Assembly (NCBI RefSeq): GCF_009914755.1
Contig: NC_060943.1
Reading direction: 5' to 3' (one strand)
DNA: 64,000 bases
DNA from: the human T2T-CHM13v2.0 reference genome, Homo sapiens
The notes under the pieces are model-generated. The model ran no database searches. It was not told where the DNA came from and saw only the letters and a list, made by a program, of their open reading frames with translations. Below are positions 48,117 to 64,000 of the stretch, piece after piece (the stretch's first letter is position 1; each line of letters begins with the position of its first letter). Both the position numbers and the translations under genes were made by a program.

Positions 48117-49231
48117 CTTTGTGGTTTTATCTACTTTTGGTCTTTGATGCTGGTGATGTACAGATGGGTTTTTGGTGTGGATGTCCTTTTTGTTTGTTAG
48201 TTTTCCTTCTAACAGACAGGACCCTCAGCTGCAGGTCTGGTGGAGTACCCTGCAGTGTGAGGTGTCAGTGTGCCCCTGCTGGAGGGTGCCTCCCAGTTAG
48301 GCTGCTCGGGGGTCAGGGGTCAGGGACCCACTTGAGGGGGCAGTCTGCCTGTTCTCAGATCTCCAGCTGCGTACTGGGAGAACCACTGCTCTCTTCAAAG
48401 CTGTCAGACAGGGACATTTAAGTCTGCAGAGGTTATTGCTGTCTTTTTGTTTGTCTGTGCCCTGCCCCCAGAGGTGGAGCCTACAGAGGCAGGCAGGCCT
48501 CCTTGAGCTGTGGTGGGCTCCACCCAGTTCGAGCTTCCCGGCTGCTTTGTTTACCTAAGCAAGCCTGGGCAATGGTGGGCGCCCCTCCCCCAGCCTTGCT
48601 GCCGCCTTGCAGTTTGATCTCAGACTGCTGTGCTAGCAATCAGCGAGACTCCATCGGGTAGGACCCTCCGAGCCAGGTGCGGGATATAATCTCGTGGTGC
48701 GCCATTTTTTAAGCCTGTCGGAAAAGCGCAGTATTCCGGTGGGAGTGACCCGATTTTCCAGGTGCCGTCCGTCACCCCTTTCTTTGATTAGGAAAGGGAA
48801 CTCCCTGACCCCTTGCGCTTCCCGAGTGAGGCAATGCCTCGCCCTGCTTCGGCTCGTGCACGGTGCACACACCCACTGACCTGCGCCCACTGTCTGGCAC
48901 TTCCTAGTGAGATGAACCCGGTACCTCAGATGGAAATGCAGAAATCACCCGTCTTCTGCGTCGCTCACGCTGGGAGCTGTAGACCAGAGCTGTTCCTATT
49001 CGGCCGTCTTGGCTCCTCCTCCTTTTTTTTTAAGATTGAGTTTTGCTCTTGTTGCCCAGACTGGACTGGAGTACAGTGGCGGGGTCTCAGCTCACTGCAA
49101 CCTCTGCCTCCTGGGTTCAAGTGATTCTCCTGCCTCAGCTTCCTGAGTAGCTCCAATTACAGGCACCCGCCACCACACCCAGATAATATTTTGTATTTTT
49201 AGTAGAGATGGGGTTTTATTATGTTGGCTAG

Positions 49232-49477
<246 letters not shown>

Positions 49478-49762
49478 TAATACTGTACTAAAACTATAGA
49501 TGAGAATACTAATGCCTTTGTCATGCAAGCCTTCGAACCCCAACCCAGCCTATGTGAGCATGCTCAGATGGCTGCAAAGTGGTTCCACTCACACTTTGGG
49601 GTAAGCACCTACCCCCACTACATCCCCTGTCAGCAGGAAGAAGTTAAAGTGGTCTTCATCCTTTTTCCATCCTTATAGCCCACACCTTAAGAATAAGGTG
49701 TTATGAAACCCAAAGGGAGAGATTGAAACTACCTTTACAAAAATTATAAATGAGACAGTTAG

Positions 49763-49951
<189 letters not shown>

Positions 49952-50592
49952 TAAGCCCAGCTGATTTTTTGTATTTTTAGTAGAGGCGGGGTTTCACCAT
50001 GTTGGCCAGGCTGGTCTCGAACTCCTGACCTCGTGATTTGCCCACCTCAGCCTCCCAAAGTGCTGGGATTACAGGCGTGAGCCACCACACCCGGCCGGCT
50101 CCATCTTGCTTCTAACCTCCAAGCTGTCCTTGTTCATTCCTGGGCATAGGCCAAACTAACCTTGGGAGGGAATTTAGCTTATAGTTTAACTCTGAAACGA
50201 AATTGAAGATAGCCCTTCCCCCTCCGCCCCCCAAAAAATTTTGCTCTTGGACTGTTGGCATATTTCTGAATGCTTTCAGGTCCCAGTGTAATCCCAGCAC
50301 TTTGCGAGGCCTAGCCAGAAAGATCACGTTAGCTCAGGAGTTCCAAACCAGTTTAGGCAACATAGGGAGTCCTCATCTCTACAAAAAAAAAAATAATAAA
50401 ATTAGCCAGGAGTGGTGGTGAATACCTGTAGTCTCAGCTACTGGGGAGGTTGAAGTGAGAGGATCGCTTGAGCCCAGGAGTTGGAGGCTACAGTGAGCCA
50501 TGATGGCATCACTGTACTCCAGCCTGGGCAACAGAGTGAGATCTTTCCCAAACACACAACAAACAAAGCATAACAGTTTTTTATTTTTTTGA

Positions 50593-50751
<159 letters not shown>

Positions 50752-51311
50752 TAGTAGAGATGGGGTTTCACCATGTTGGCCAGGCTGGTCTCAAACTTCT
50801 GACCTCAGGTGATCCACCTGCCTCAGCCTCCCCACGCACTGGGATTACAGGCATGATCCACCGTGCCTTCGGGGAGGCCAGGATTTGAACCTTTATCTTC
50901 CTGGTCCTTCTTGCCTAGGGCTCAGCAGTAAAAGCCTTTCTTTCTAGCCCATCAAACCTCAGTGTAAATATCTAGTTTTCCTGGGCAACATGAGTGGACC
51001 TCAGTTCTGTTCTACTTTTTTTTTTTTTTTTTTTTTTGAGCAAGACACTCAGTCACCCAGGCTGGAGTGAAATGACACAATCACAGCTCACTGCAACCTC
51101 CACCTCCTGGGTTCAAGGAATTCTTGTGCCTCATCCTCCTGAGTAGCTGAGGCTACAGGTGTCTGCCACTATGCCCAGCTAATTTTTTTTTTGTATTTTT
51201 AATAGAGATGGGGTTTCATCATGTTGCCCAGGCTGCCTCCTGAGCTCAGGCAATCCACCCAGGTTGGCCTCTCAGTGTGCTAAGATTATAGGCATGAGCC
51301 ACCGCACCTGA

Positions 51312-51626
<315 letters not shown>

Positions 51627-52940
51627 TGATCCACCCATCTCGGCCTCCCAAAGTGTTGGGATTACAGGTGTGAGCCACCGTGCCCACCCCGGTAAAGGGT
51701 CTTAAAATGTATCTTCCCTTGCTGCAGAAGCTATTTTGAAGTGCCATATTTTTCATTAAGCATTAAGTAGAGAACATCAGGATAAATTAGTAGGATCATC
51801 AGTATTACATGAAACATTAGATTGCTGAATGAATTGCATAATTTAACTAGAAACACTTTATTCTCAAGTAGAAAAGTTGTTTGCTTTGGAGAATTTAATC
51901 ATCTGTTACTTGTTCATAAATATTCCCCCGAAGGGCTCTGACCTCTCCCTCCAGTGTGAGCCTAATTCCTAAAACTGAATAATTATTTGCTGCTGCCTGT
52001 TTCACAAACACACATGGATGGGTCAGATGTGTCTCCTTTTCCTCAACCTTATATGAAGGAAGGAGCATCTGAGCACAGCACAGAAATGATCCAAACCAAG
52101 CTACTGTGAAGTGTAAAGAGAGCAGCATGGCTTTTCCAAACAGGACAGCATCACAAACCCTCCCAAGGGTACAAGGAGAGCAGTTAGAACAGAAGGAAAG
52201 GTGACCCGCAGACTGTTAGGACTGGTGAAAATGATTCATTGAAAATCTAAGAAAGAACTCTTGTCTTTGGAGCCCTGTGCCCATTTCTCTGGAGTGTGTC
52301 TTTTCCTGAATGGCCATTCCCAGCTTTTCACTTGAATAAACTCTTCACAACTCAGTCCTACGTTTTTGCATGATGTGAGGTTGACGGGACACACACCCAA
52401 TACCCATGGACTCTATGCTCCCTGCCACCACCTTCCTCTTCCCTCCTGGCCTGCACAAATGTCCAGGATCCAACCCTTCACTCTGAATCCCCCAAACTCC
52501 CTGACTGGACCCAGTCATGCTGGATCCCTCAGCAGACCCATACAACTTAGAAACTCTCCCCTGTCCCCCAAACCTGGCTTGACTCTCGTGCCCTCCTCAG
52601 GCACCTTTACCCTCAGCTTGAACTGGCCTCAGCCATGATTTGAACTTCACCCTGTGCTCCTTCATGCTCCACACCTACCTCCCTCAGGTGCCATTGCCCC
52701 CAGCAGTCCTGGACCTAAGGACATCACCATGTCTCCGGCATTGCATCCTGGGAGCCCTCACCTTTTCCCACCTCTCCCTGGCCTTTAAAGTCATTGCTGC
52801 TGTGAGACCCAGACCACCATTTTGTTCCAGTAGCCCCCTGCCCACCCATTCTCCCTCTGTGACTTCTCTGCGCTGCCCAGCAGATGCCATTGTATCCCAG
52901 CCACGGATTTCTCAACTGCCATTACCACCAACTGGAAGTC

Positions 52941-56562
<3,622 letters not shown>

Positions 56563-57043
56563 CTATTCCCAAGAGGTTTCCATGATGCTGTGGACTCAAA
56601 ACAATTATTCCATGACCATCAGACCTCATACTCTCTGTCTACACTCAGTTTCTTCCATAAAGTAATTCTGAGGCTACAACTGAACCATGTGGTAAAGCAA
56701 CAGTAGAATAGGAAAATGTGTATTTTTGGTAAATCCAGAAAGGTGTGCTGCCTGGGCTGCCCCTAATGTTTGTTTGTAAAGTGGGAGTACGGCACCTGCC
56801 ATAACAAAGTCTTCCAAATTCCTGTGCAGAAAAAGTTAACATTAGCAGTCCTGAGGCTGCATATCCTTGAAAAAAAAATGCCTATCGACAAAGTTTAACC
56901 TTTGATGTTATCTAGAAAATGAATTTTGTTCTGAGTGCTGCAGCAGAAACAAAAACCAAAAAACTGGATTTTACAAGGGGTCTTATCAATCTAAATGATG
57001 AGTCATAAATAACTAAAACAAAAACTCATGAGCTCTACACTCA

Positions 57044-57295
<252 letters not shown>

Positions 57296-57466
57296 CTAGT
57301 CTCAACAAAAAGGCAAACATTTATCAAACTTTTAAAAACTTTTGTGGCCAGGCATGGTGGCTCATGCCTGTAACCCCACCACTTTGGAAGGCTGAGGCAG
57401 GTGGATCACCTGAGGCCAGGAGTTGGTGACCAGCCTGGCCAACATGGTGAAACACCGTCTCTACTA

Positions 57467-57691
<225 letters not shown>

Positions 57692-58977
57692 TTAAAGGAT
57701 AATAAATGGCTCAGCTTCTATGGAAACAGTACAGTAGTGCCTAAAAAAATAAAATTACTGTATTTTCCTGTATCCCACTTTTGGGTCTAGTTATATTAAA
57801 TTTGAAAAAATTGAAAACTGAACCTTGAAGACATATTTGAAAACCACTCTTCACAAAATCAAAGAGCCAGATCAATCCACATGTCCATTGATGGCTGCAT
57901 GCATAATGAAAATATGCTAGGCATATATATACATTGAAATATTAATCTTATAACATCCTGTCTCATGCTACAACAATCACAAAACTTCAGGATACTATGG
58001 TAATTGCAAAAAGCTAGGCACAAAAAGAAAATTACAGTATAATTCACCTTAGATGAGTTATGTAGTGTTGTGCAACTATACACTTAAAACTGCTTAAGCT
58101 GGTAAAATTGAAGTTTATTATTTTACAATAATTAAAAATAATAAATCACAGTACCAAGTAAAAAAACTAATTGATATTGATTAAAAGATGGGCATAGGCC
58201 AGGTATGGTGGCTCACACCTGTAATCTTAGCACTTTGGGAGTCCGAGGTGGGCGGATGACTTGAGGTCAGGGGTTCAGGACCAGCCTGGCCAAAATGGTG
58301 AAACCCCATCTCTACTAAAAATACAAAAATTAGCCGGGCATGATGGCACATTCCTGTAATCCCAGCTACTCAAGAGGCTGAGGCAGGAGAATCACTTGAA
58401 TCTGGGCAGCAGAGGCTGCAGTGAGCCGAGATTGTGCCACTGCACTCCAGCCAGGGCAAGAGAGCAAGACTCTGTCTCAAAAAAATTTTAAAAAAAAAAA
58501 GCAAAAGTATTTGAATGACATTTCTGCAATACATAGAAATGACCAATAAGTATATGAAGTGGTGCTCAACATCAGGAGTCAACAGGCATAAGTATTTTAC
58601 ACAGTGTAGTTTCAGGTGGTTATTGAGCACTTTCTCTCATGAAAAGTATTCATAAAATAATAAAATTTTAAATATAGCCATTTATTAAAGTAAAAAATAA
58701 TAATTTAAATACTGCAGCTGTTTCAAGTGTATCATGAGAAACACATAATTGAAGACGTCCTTTCGAGAGAGGAGTGAGTGTTTTGGAATGTATCGAGGAA
58801 AGCAGAAATTTAGGGATTTATTGTCATTCCTAAGAAGAGCTGGCTGAGCGCGGTGGCTCACGCCTGTAATCCCAGCACTTTGGGAGGCAGAGGTGGCCGG
58901 ATCACCTGGGGTCAGGAGTTCGAGACCAGACTGATTAACATGGTGAAACCCTGTCTCTACTAAAAACACAAAAATTA

Positions 58978-59142
<165 letters not shown>

Positions 59143-60212
59143 CTAAGCTACAGGGGTCTTAAGGACTCCTGCTTTACTGTTTTTTTTTTTTTCTTTTTTT
59201 TTGAGACAGAGTAGTCTCACTCTGCCACCCGGGCTGGAGAGCAGTAGCACAATCTCAGCTCACTGCAACCTCTGCCTCCAGGTTCAAGCAATTCTCCTGC
59301 CTCAGCTTCCCAAGTAGCTGGGATTACAGGCACCCACCACTATACCCGGCTAATTTTTTTGTATTTTTAGTAGAGACGGGGGTTTCACCATGTTGGCCAA
59401 GCTGGTCTCAAACTCCTGACCTCGTGATTCACCCACCTCAGCCTCCCAAAGTGCTGGGATTACAGCTGTGAGCCACTGCACCTGGCCAGGACTCCTTCTT
59501 TGACCAAACTTGATCTCACAGCCCTCTTCTTGTCTAGGCTTTGGCCTTCTTCTGCAGAGCCCAGTTATAGCAAAAAGCCTTTTAAGGCAGTGCACAGAGA
59601 ATCTCTCCCACCAAAACTTAGTATTTCCAATCAAGTTCAATTTCCCTCACTCATGATAATCCATCAACTTTCTCTTCCCTAACTGCTGACACTTCACCAA
59701 GTTCCATCCTTTCCCTCGCCTTGCCCTGTAATATAGGAGAGAGATTAAACTCAGGGAGACAGCCTATTACGTGTCGTGAGAACTGTAATATAATATACAG
59801 AACTGTAATCTCCATATTATAGTTCTCATGACACATATTACAATTGTGCTGAATAAAGCCTTCCTTGATATTTTAAACACATTTTCAATACAATCTCTCT
59901 TTATAAGAGATAGGGACTTAGACTGGAGACTCTGCTTCAGAAATCTAGAATGCATAAGGGATAATAGGCTCTCTCCCTGTGGGGAGACAGCTGAGACTAC
60001 CTCCCACTCACAAAACCAAAACACCAGGTCAGATTTCTCTCCTGAAGACCACTCCCTGCTGTTATCCCATAAACTTAGTAAGATAGGGGACTGTGGGTGC
60101 ACTATTTCCCAGACAGGGTACTAGGGTAGAGCTTACCTCCTGCAGTGATGATGCAGGATGCCTGGCGGTACTGGCTGCCAATTCAACCGTCACGCTGTGA
60201 TAGAGACTTAGG

Positions 60213-60718
60213 TGTTGGGAACAGGCCCCCAAATCTGGCCATAAACTGGCTCCAAAACTGGCCATAAACAAAATCTCTGCAGCACTGTGACATGTTCGTG
60301 ATGGCCATGACACCCACAATGAAGACTGTTGGTTTACCGGAATGAAGGCAGGGAACACCTGGCCCACCCAGGGCAGAAAACCACTTAAAGGTGTTCCTAA
60401 ACCACAAACAATAGCGTAAGTGATCTCTGCCTTAAGGACGTGTTCCTGCTGCAGATAACTAGCCAGAGCCCATCCCTTTGTTTCAGCCCATCCCTTTGTT
60501 TCCCAAAAGGAATACTTTTAATCTATAATCTACAGAAACAATGCTTATCACTGGCTTGCTGTCAGTAAATATGTGGGTAAATTTCTGTTCGTGGCTCTCA
60601 GCTCTGAAGGCTGTCAGCCCCCTGATTTGCCACTCCACACTCCATATTTCTCTGTGTGTGTCTTTAATTCCTCTAGTGCCCCTGGGTTAGGGTCTCCATG
60701 ACCGAGATGGTCTTGGCA
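60213..60718 (+). mobile_element. MER9 5' LTR of HERV-K(HML-3)
   Basis: tgttgggaacaggccccc..ctggccataaactggc..tcttggca, followed by a degenerate PBS (tggtgtacatgtgtggg, 60721 onward). Confidence 0.88.
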
Positions 60719-63700
60719 AGTGGTGTACATGTGTGGGTCTTGAACCCAGGTCAAAGTGTCACCGGAGTAACAGTTGGAGAATGTGGAACTAAGCTGGAGG
60801 ACACCCGAGTACTCTAAAGCAATGCCCGTGGTAAGAAGGGGAGCTTGGAAGCATCAGGGTAACAAAGGGACAAGTGTGGGCTCTGGTTCCTTCCATCTTG
60901 TAACCTTTTCACACTGATGAGGAGGAGGAAGGAAAGTAACAGAAGAGATGACAGAGCAGGTTTGTTTGCCAGCTAAAGCTAAAGTGGCAAAGGAGGAAGA
61001 GTCCATCCCTACCCTTCTGCACCCCCTCCTTATTTTGAAGAAAAAGAGTGGCCTGACCCACCAGATCTTTCTTTTCTGGAGGACACTGGACAAAAAGTAG
61101 TTTCCCCAATGAGTGTTCGAGCAGCACCTTGAGCAATGGCTCTCAGTTCTATTCAGGCAGGAATTCACCAAGCTACAAGAGAGGGTGATATAGAGGCTTG
61201 GCAGTTCCCTGTTAGGATACACCCCCCAGATCAACAGGAAAATACTATAGCTACATTTGAGCCTTTTCCTTTTAAATTTGGGAAACACCATGAGGGGCCT
61301 GTCCCGGGCCCCATTCCAAACCAAGGCATTTCCGGCTGAGGCCATTCCCTAACCCTTGTACAATATCTATCCCCCACCACAGCCAGTAGTGCCACGGTAG
61401 ATTTATGCTGCACAAAAGCTGTGAGTCTTCTGCCTGGGGAACCCCCACAAAAAGTTCCAACAGGGGTCTGTGGACACTTGCCAGTAGGGACAATCAGATT
61501 ACTTCTAGGTAGATCTAGTTTAAATTTAAAAGGAGTGCAAGTACATACAGGAGTCACTGATTCAGATTACAATGGGAAATTCAAATTGTTATAGCTACTT
61601 CTGTTCCCTGGAAAGCAGAGCCAGGAAAGCACAACTCCTGATTGTGCCATATGTGGAAATGGGGAAAAGTGAAATTAAACGAACAGGAGGATTTGGAAGC
61701 ACAAATAAACAAGGCAAAGCAGCTTACTGGGTGAATCAAAGTATTGATAAATGTCCTACCTGTGAAATAACTATTCAGGGAAAGAAATTTAAAGGATTGG
61801 TAGATACAGGAGCAGACATTTCCATCATTTCTCTACACCACTGGCTGTCCGCATGGCCAATTCAACCCACTCAATTTAACAGAGTTGGAGTTGGTAAAGC
61901 CCCTGAAGTATATCAAAGAATCTGTATTTTGCATTGTGAAGGGCCCAATGGACAACCTGGGACTATTCGATCAATTGTAACTTCTGTACCTATAAATTAA
62001 TGGGGGAGAGATTTTACTGCAACAATGGGGAGTACAAGTTCTAATTCCAGAGCAATTATATAGCCCTGAAAGTCAACATATGATGCATGAAATGGGGTAT
62101 GTCCTAGGAAAAAAATTGCAGGGTTTGAAGGAACTGCTCCAAGCAGAAAGACAAAGTTCCCACCAAGGTTTAGGGTATCATTTTTGATGGTGGCCATTGT
62201 TAAGCCTCCAGAAACTATACCTTTAAAATGGTTAACAGATAAGCCAATTTGGATAGAACAATGGCCGCTAAGTAAAGAAAAACTGGAGGCTTTAGGGGAC
62301 TTAGTTACTGAACAATTAGAAAAAGGACACATAGCTCCAACATTTCCCCCTTGGAATTCTCCAGTCTTCGTAATTAAGAAAACATCAGGTAAACGGAGAA
62401 TGTTAACTGACTTAAGAGCCATTAATTCAGTTATATAACCTATGGGGACATTACAGCCAGGACTGCCTTCTCCTGTGGATTCCAAAAAATTGGCCTTTAA
62501 TTGTCATAGATTTAAAAGACTGTTTCTTTACTATCCCTTTAGCTGAGCAAGACTGTGAACGGTTTGCATTTACAATTCCTGCAATAAACAACCTGCAGCC
62601 TGCTAAGCATTTTCACTGGAAAGTGTTGCCATAAGGCGTGTTAAACAGTCCAACAATTTGCCAGACTTATCAATTGAAAACATTAAATGACTTTCAAAAA
62701 GTACTAAGGGATATCAACTGGATACAACCTGCTCTAGGCATTCCTACCTATGCTATGAGTAATCTGTTTTCTATCCTTAGAGGAGATCCTAGTCTCACTA
62801 GGCAATTAACAAAAGAAGCTGAGGCAGAGGTACAGCTGATTGAAAAGTAAGTCCATAAAGCTCAGATAAATAGAATAGATCCAGAGAAGACTCTAGATTT
62901 GCTAATTTTTTCAACTCAGCATTCACCTACTGGTGTTATTGTCCAAGAGCAGGACTTAGTAGAATGGCTTTTTCTTCCACATACTAACTCATGGACTCTT
63001 AACTCCTTATCTGGATCAAATCGCTACTATGATAGGAAATGGGAGAACTCGGATTGTTAAATTACATGGATATGATCCTGGAAAAATTATTGTCCCTCTC
63101 ACAAAGACACAAATACAGCAAGCTTTTATAAACAGTCTTACTTGGCAAACCCATTAGCTGACTTTGTGGGTATTCTCGATAATCATTTTCCTAAAAGAAA
63201 ACTATTTCAATTTTTGAAATTAACTAATTGGATTCTCCCTAAAATAACTAAATTTAAACCAATTGAAGGTACTGAAAATGTCTTCACAGATGGGTCTAGT
63301 AATGGTAAAGCTTCTTATTCCAGCTTGAAAGGTAAAGTTTTTCAGAAGCCCTGTACTTCGGCTCAAAAAGCAAGAGCTTGTAGCTGTAAGTGAGGTATTG
63401 ACTGCTTTTGATATGCCTATTAATGTGATTTCTGATTCTTTGTATGTGGTTCATTCCACACCATTAGCTGAAAATGCTCAGTTGCCATTTCATACAGATG
63501 AACAACTGATGACTTTATTTACCCAATTGCAAACAGCAGTTAGAAATAGAATACACCCTTTTTACATCACTCACACTAGGGCTCATACACCTCTTCCAGG
63601 ACCTTTAACTGAAGGGAATCAAATGGCTGATGGCCTAGTTGCTACTACAATATCTAATGCCAGACACTTTCACAATTTAACCCATGTTAATGCCTCTGGT

Positions 63701-64000
63701 CTCAAATGCAGATACAGCATTACCTGGAAAGAAGCTAAAGCTATTATTCAGTGATGCCCAACTTGCCAAATGGTGCATTCCTCATCTTTTATAGGAGGAG
63801 TTAATCCTCAAGGATTGGAACCTAATTCTCTTTGGCAAATGGATGTCACACATGTTCCCTCGTTTGGGAGACTAGCTTATGTACATGTATGTGTGGACAC
63901 CTTTTCTCAGTCTGACTGGGTTACATGCCAAACAGGAGAGTCTTCTGCCTGTGTTAAACGTCACCTTTTGCAGTGTTTTGCAGTGATGGGCATTCCAGCT
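60719..64000 (+). mobile_element. HERV-K(HML-3)/HERVK9 internal region: deleted gag, pro (dUTPase + protease), pol (RT, RNase H, IN); defective and running off the window; antisense within ZNF433 intron 1
   Basis: GRSSLNLKG and TGVTDSDY (dUTPase), LVDTGAD (protease), [10 protein letters not shown] and NSPTICQ (RT), FTDGSS (RNase H), HxxxH..CPTC (IN); many stops and frameshifts. Confidence 0.92.

Noticed and set aside
48572-48790. Intact L1 ORF0
   Set aside because: A 1-nt deletion gives TAG after 29 codons.

Overview
Primate, almost certainly human, genomic DNA that is very rich in Alu, L1 and LTR repeats. It comes from a KRAB-C2H2 zinc-finger gene cluster; the proteins match ZNF763 and ZNF433 (chr19p13.2), identified from recall and not by search. 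Four paralogous KRAB-ZNF units lie here in different states of decay. (1) ZNF763 (+, 4 coding exons, 394 aa), whose finger array is cut short by a frameshift, leaving about 12 fossil fingers in the 3' UTR. (2) An orphan intron2/KRAB-B/intron3 fragment at ~21.3-22.5 kb. (3) A relic gene (+, ~25.7-41.6 kb, probably the 5' end of the lncRNA ZNF433-AS1) that keeps an intact promoter, ATG exon, KRAB-A exon and in-frame KRAB-B exon but has lost its zinc-finger exon. (4) ZNF433 (-, 19 fingers; exon 1 lies outside the window). Main hypothesis: unit 3 encodes a 60-67 aa KRAB-only microprotein. It may end in a new terminal exon supplied by a retrocopied mRNA 3' end (splice acceptor, in-frame stop, AATAAA, poly-A), and the same unit is an inverted paralog of, and transcribed toward, ZNF433. 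Other content: a full-length inactivated L1PA2/3 with the 129-bp ZNF93-escape deletion and a mutated YY1 site; a collapsed HERV-K(HML-4)/LTR13 provirus with inverted gag and pol fragments; a deleted HERV-K(HML-3)/MER9 provirus; a 5S rRNA pseudogene; an Hsmar1 end; MER30; several solo LTRs. Coordinates and counts were read by hand, repeat boundaries are approximate, and repeat subfamily names are from recall.
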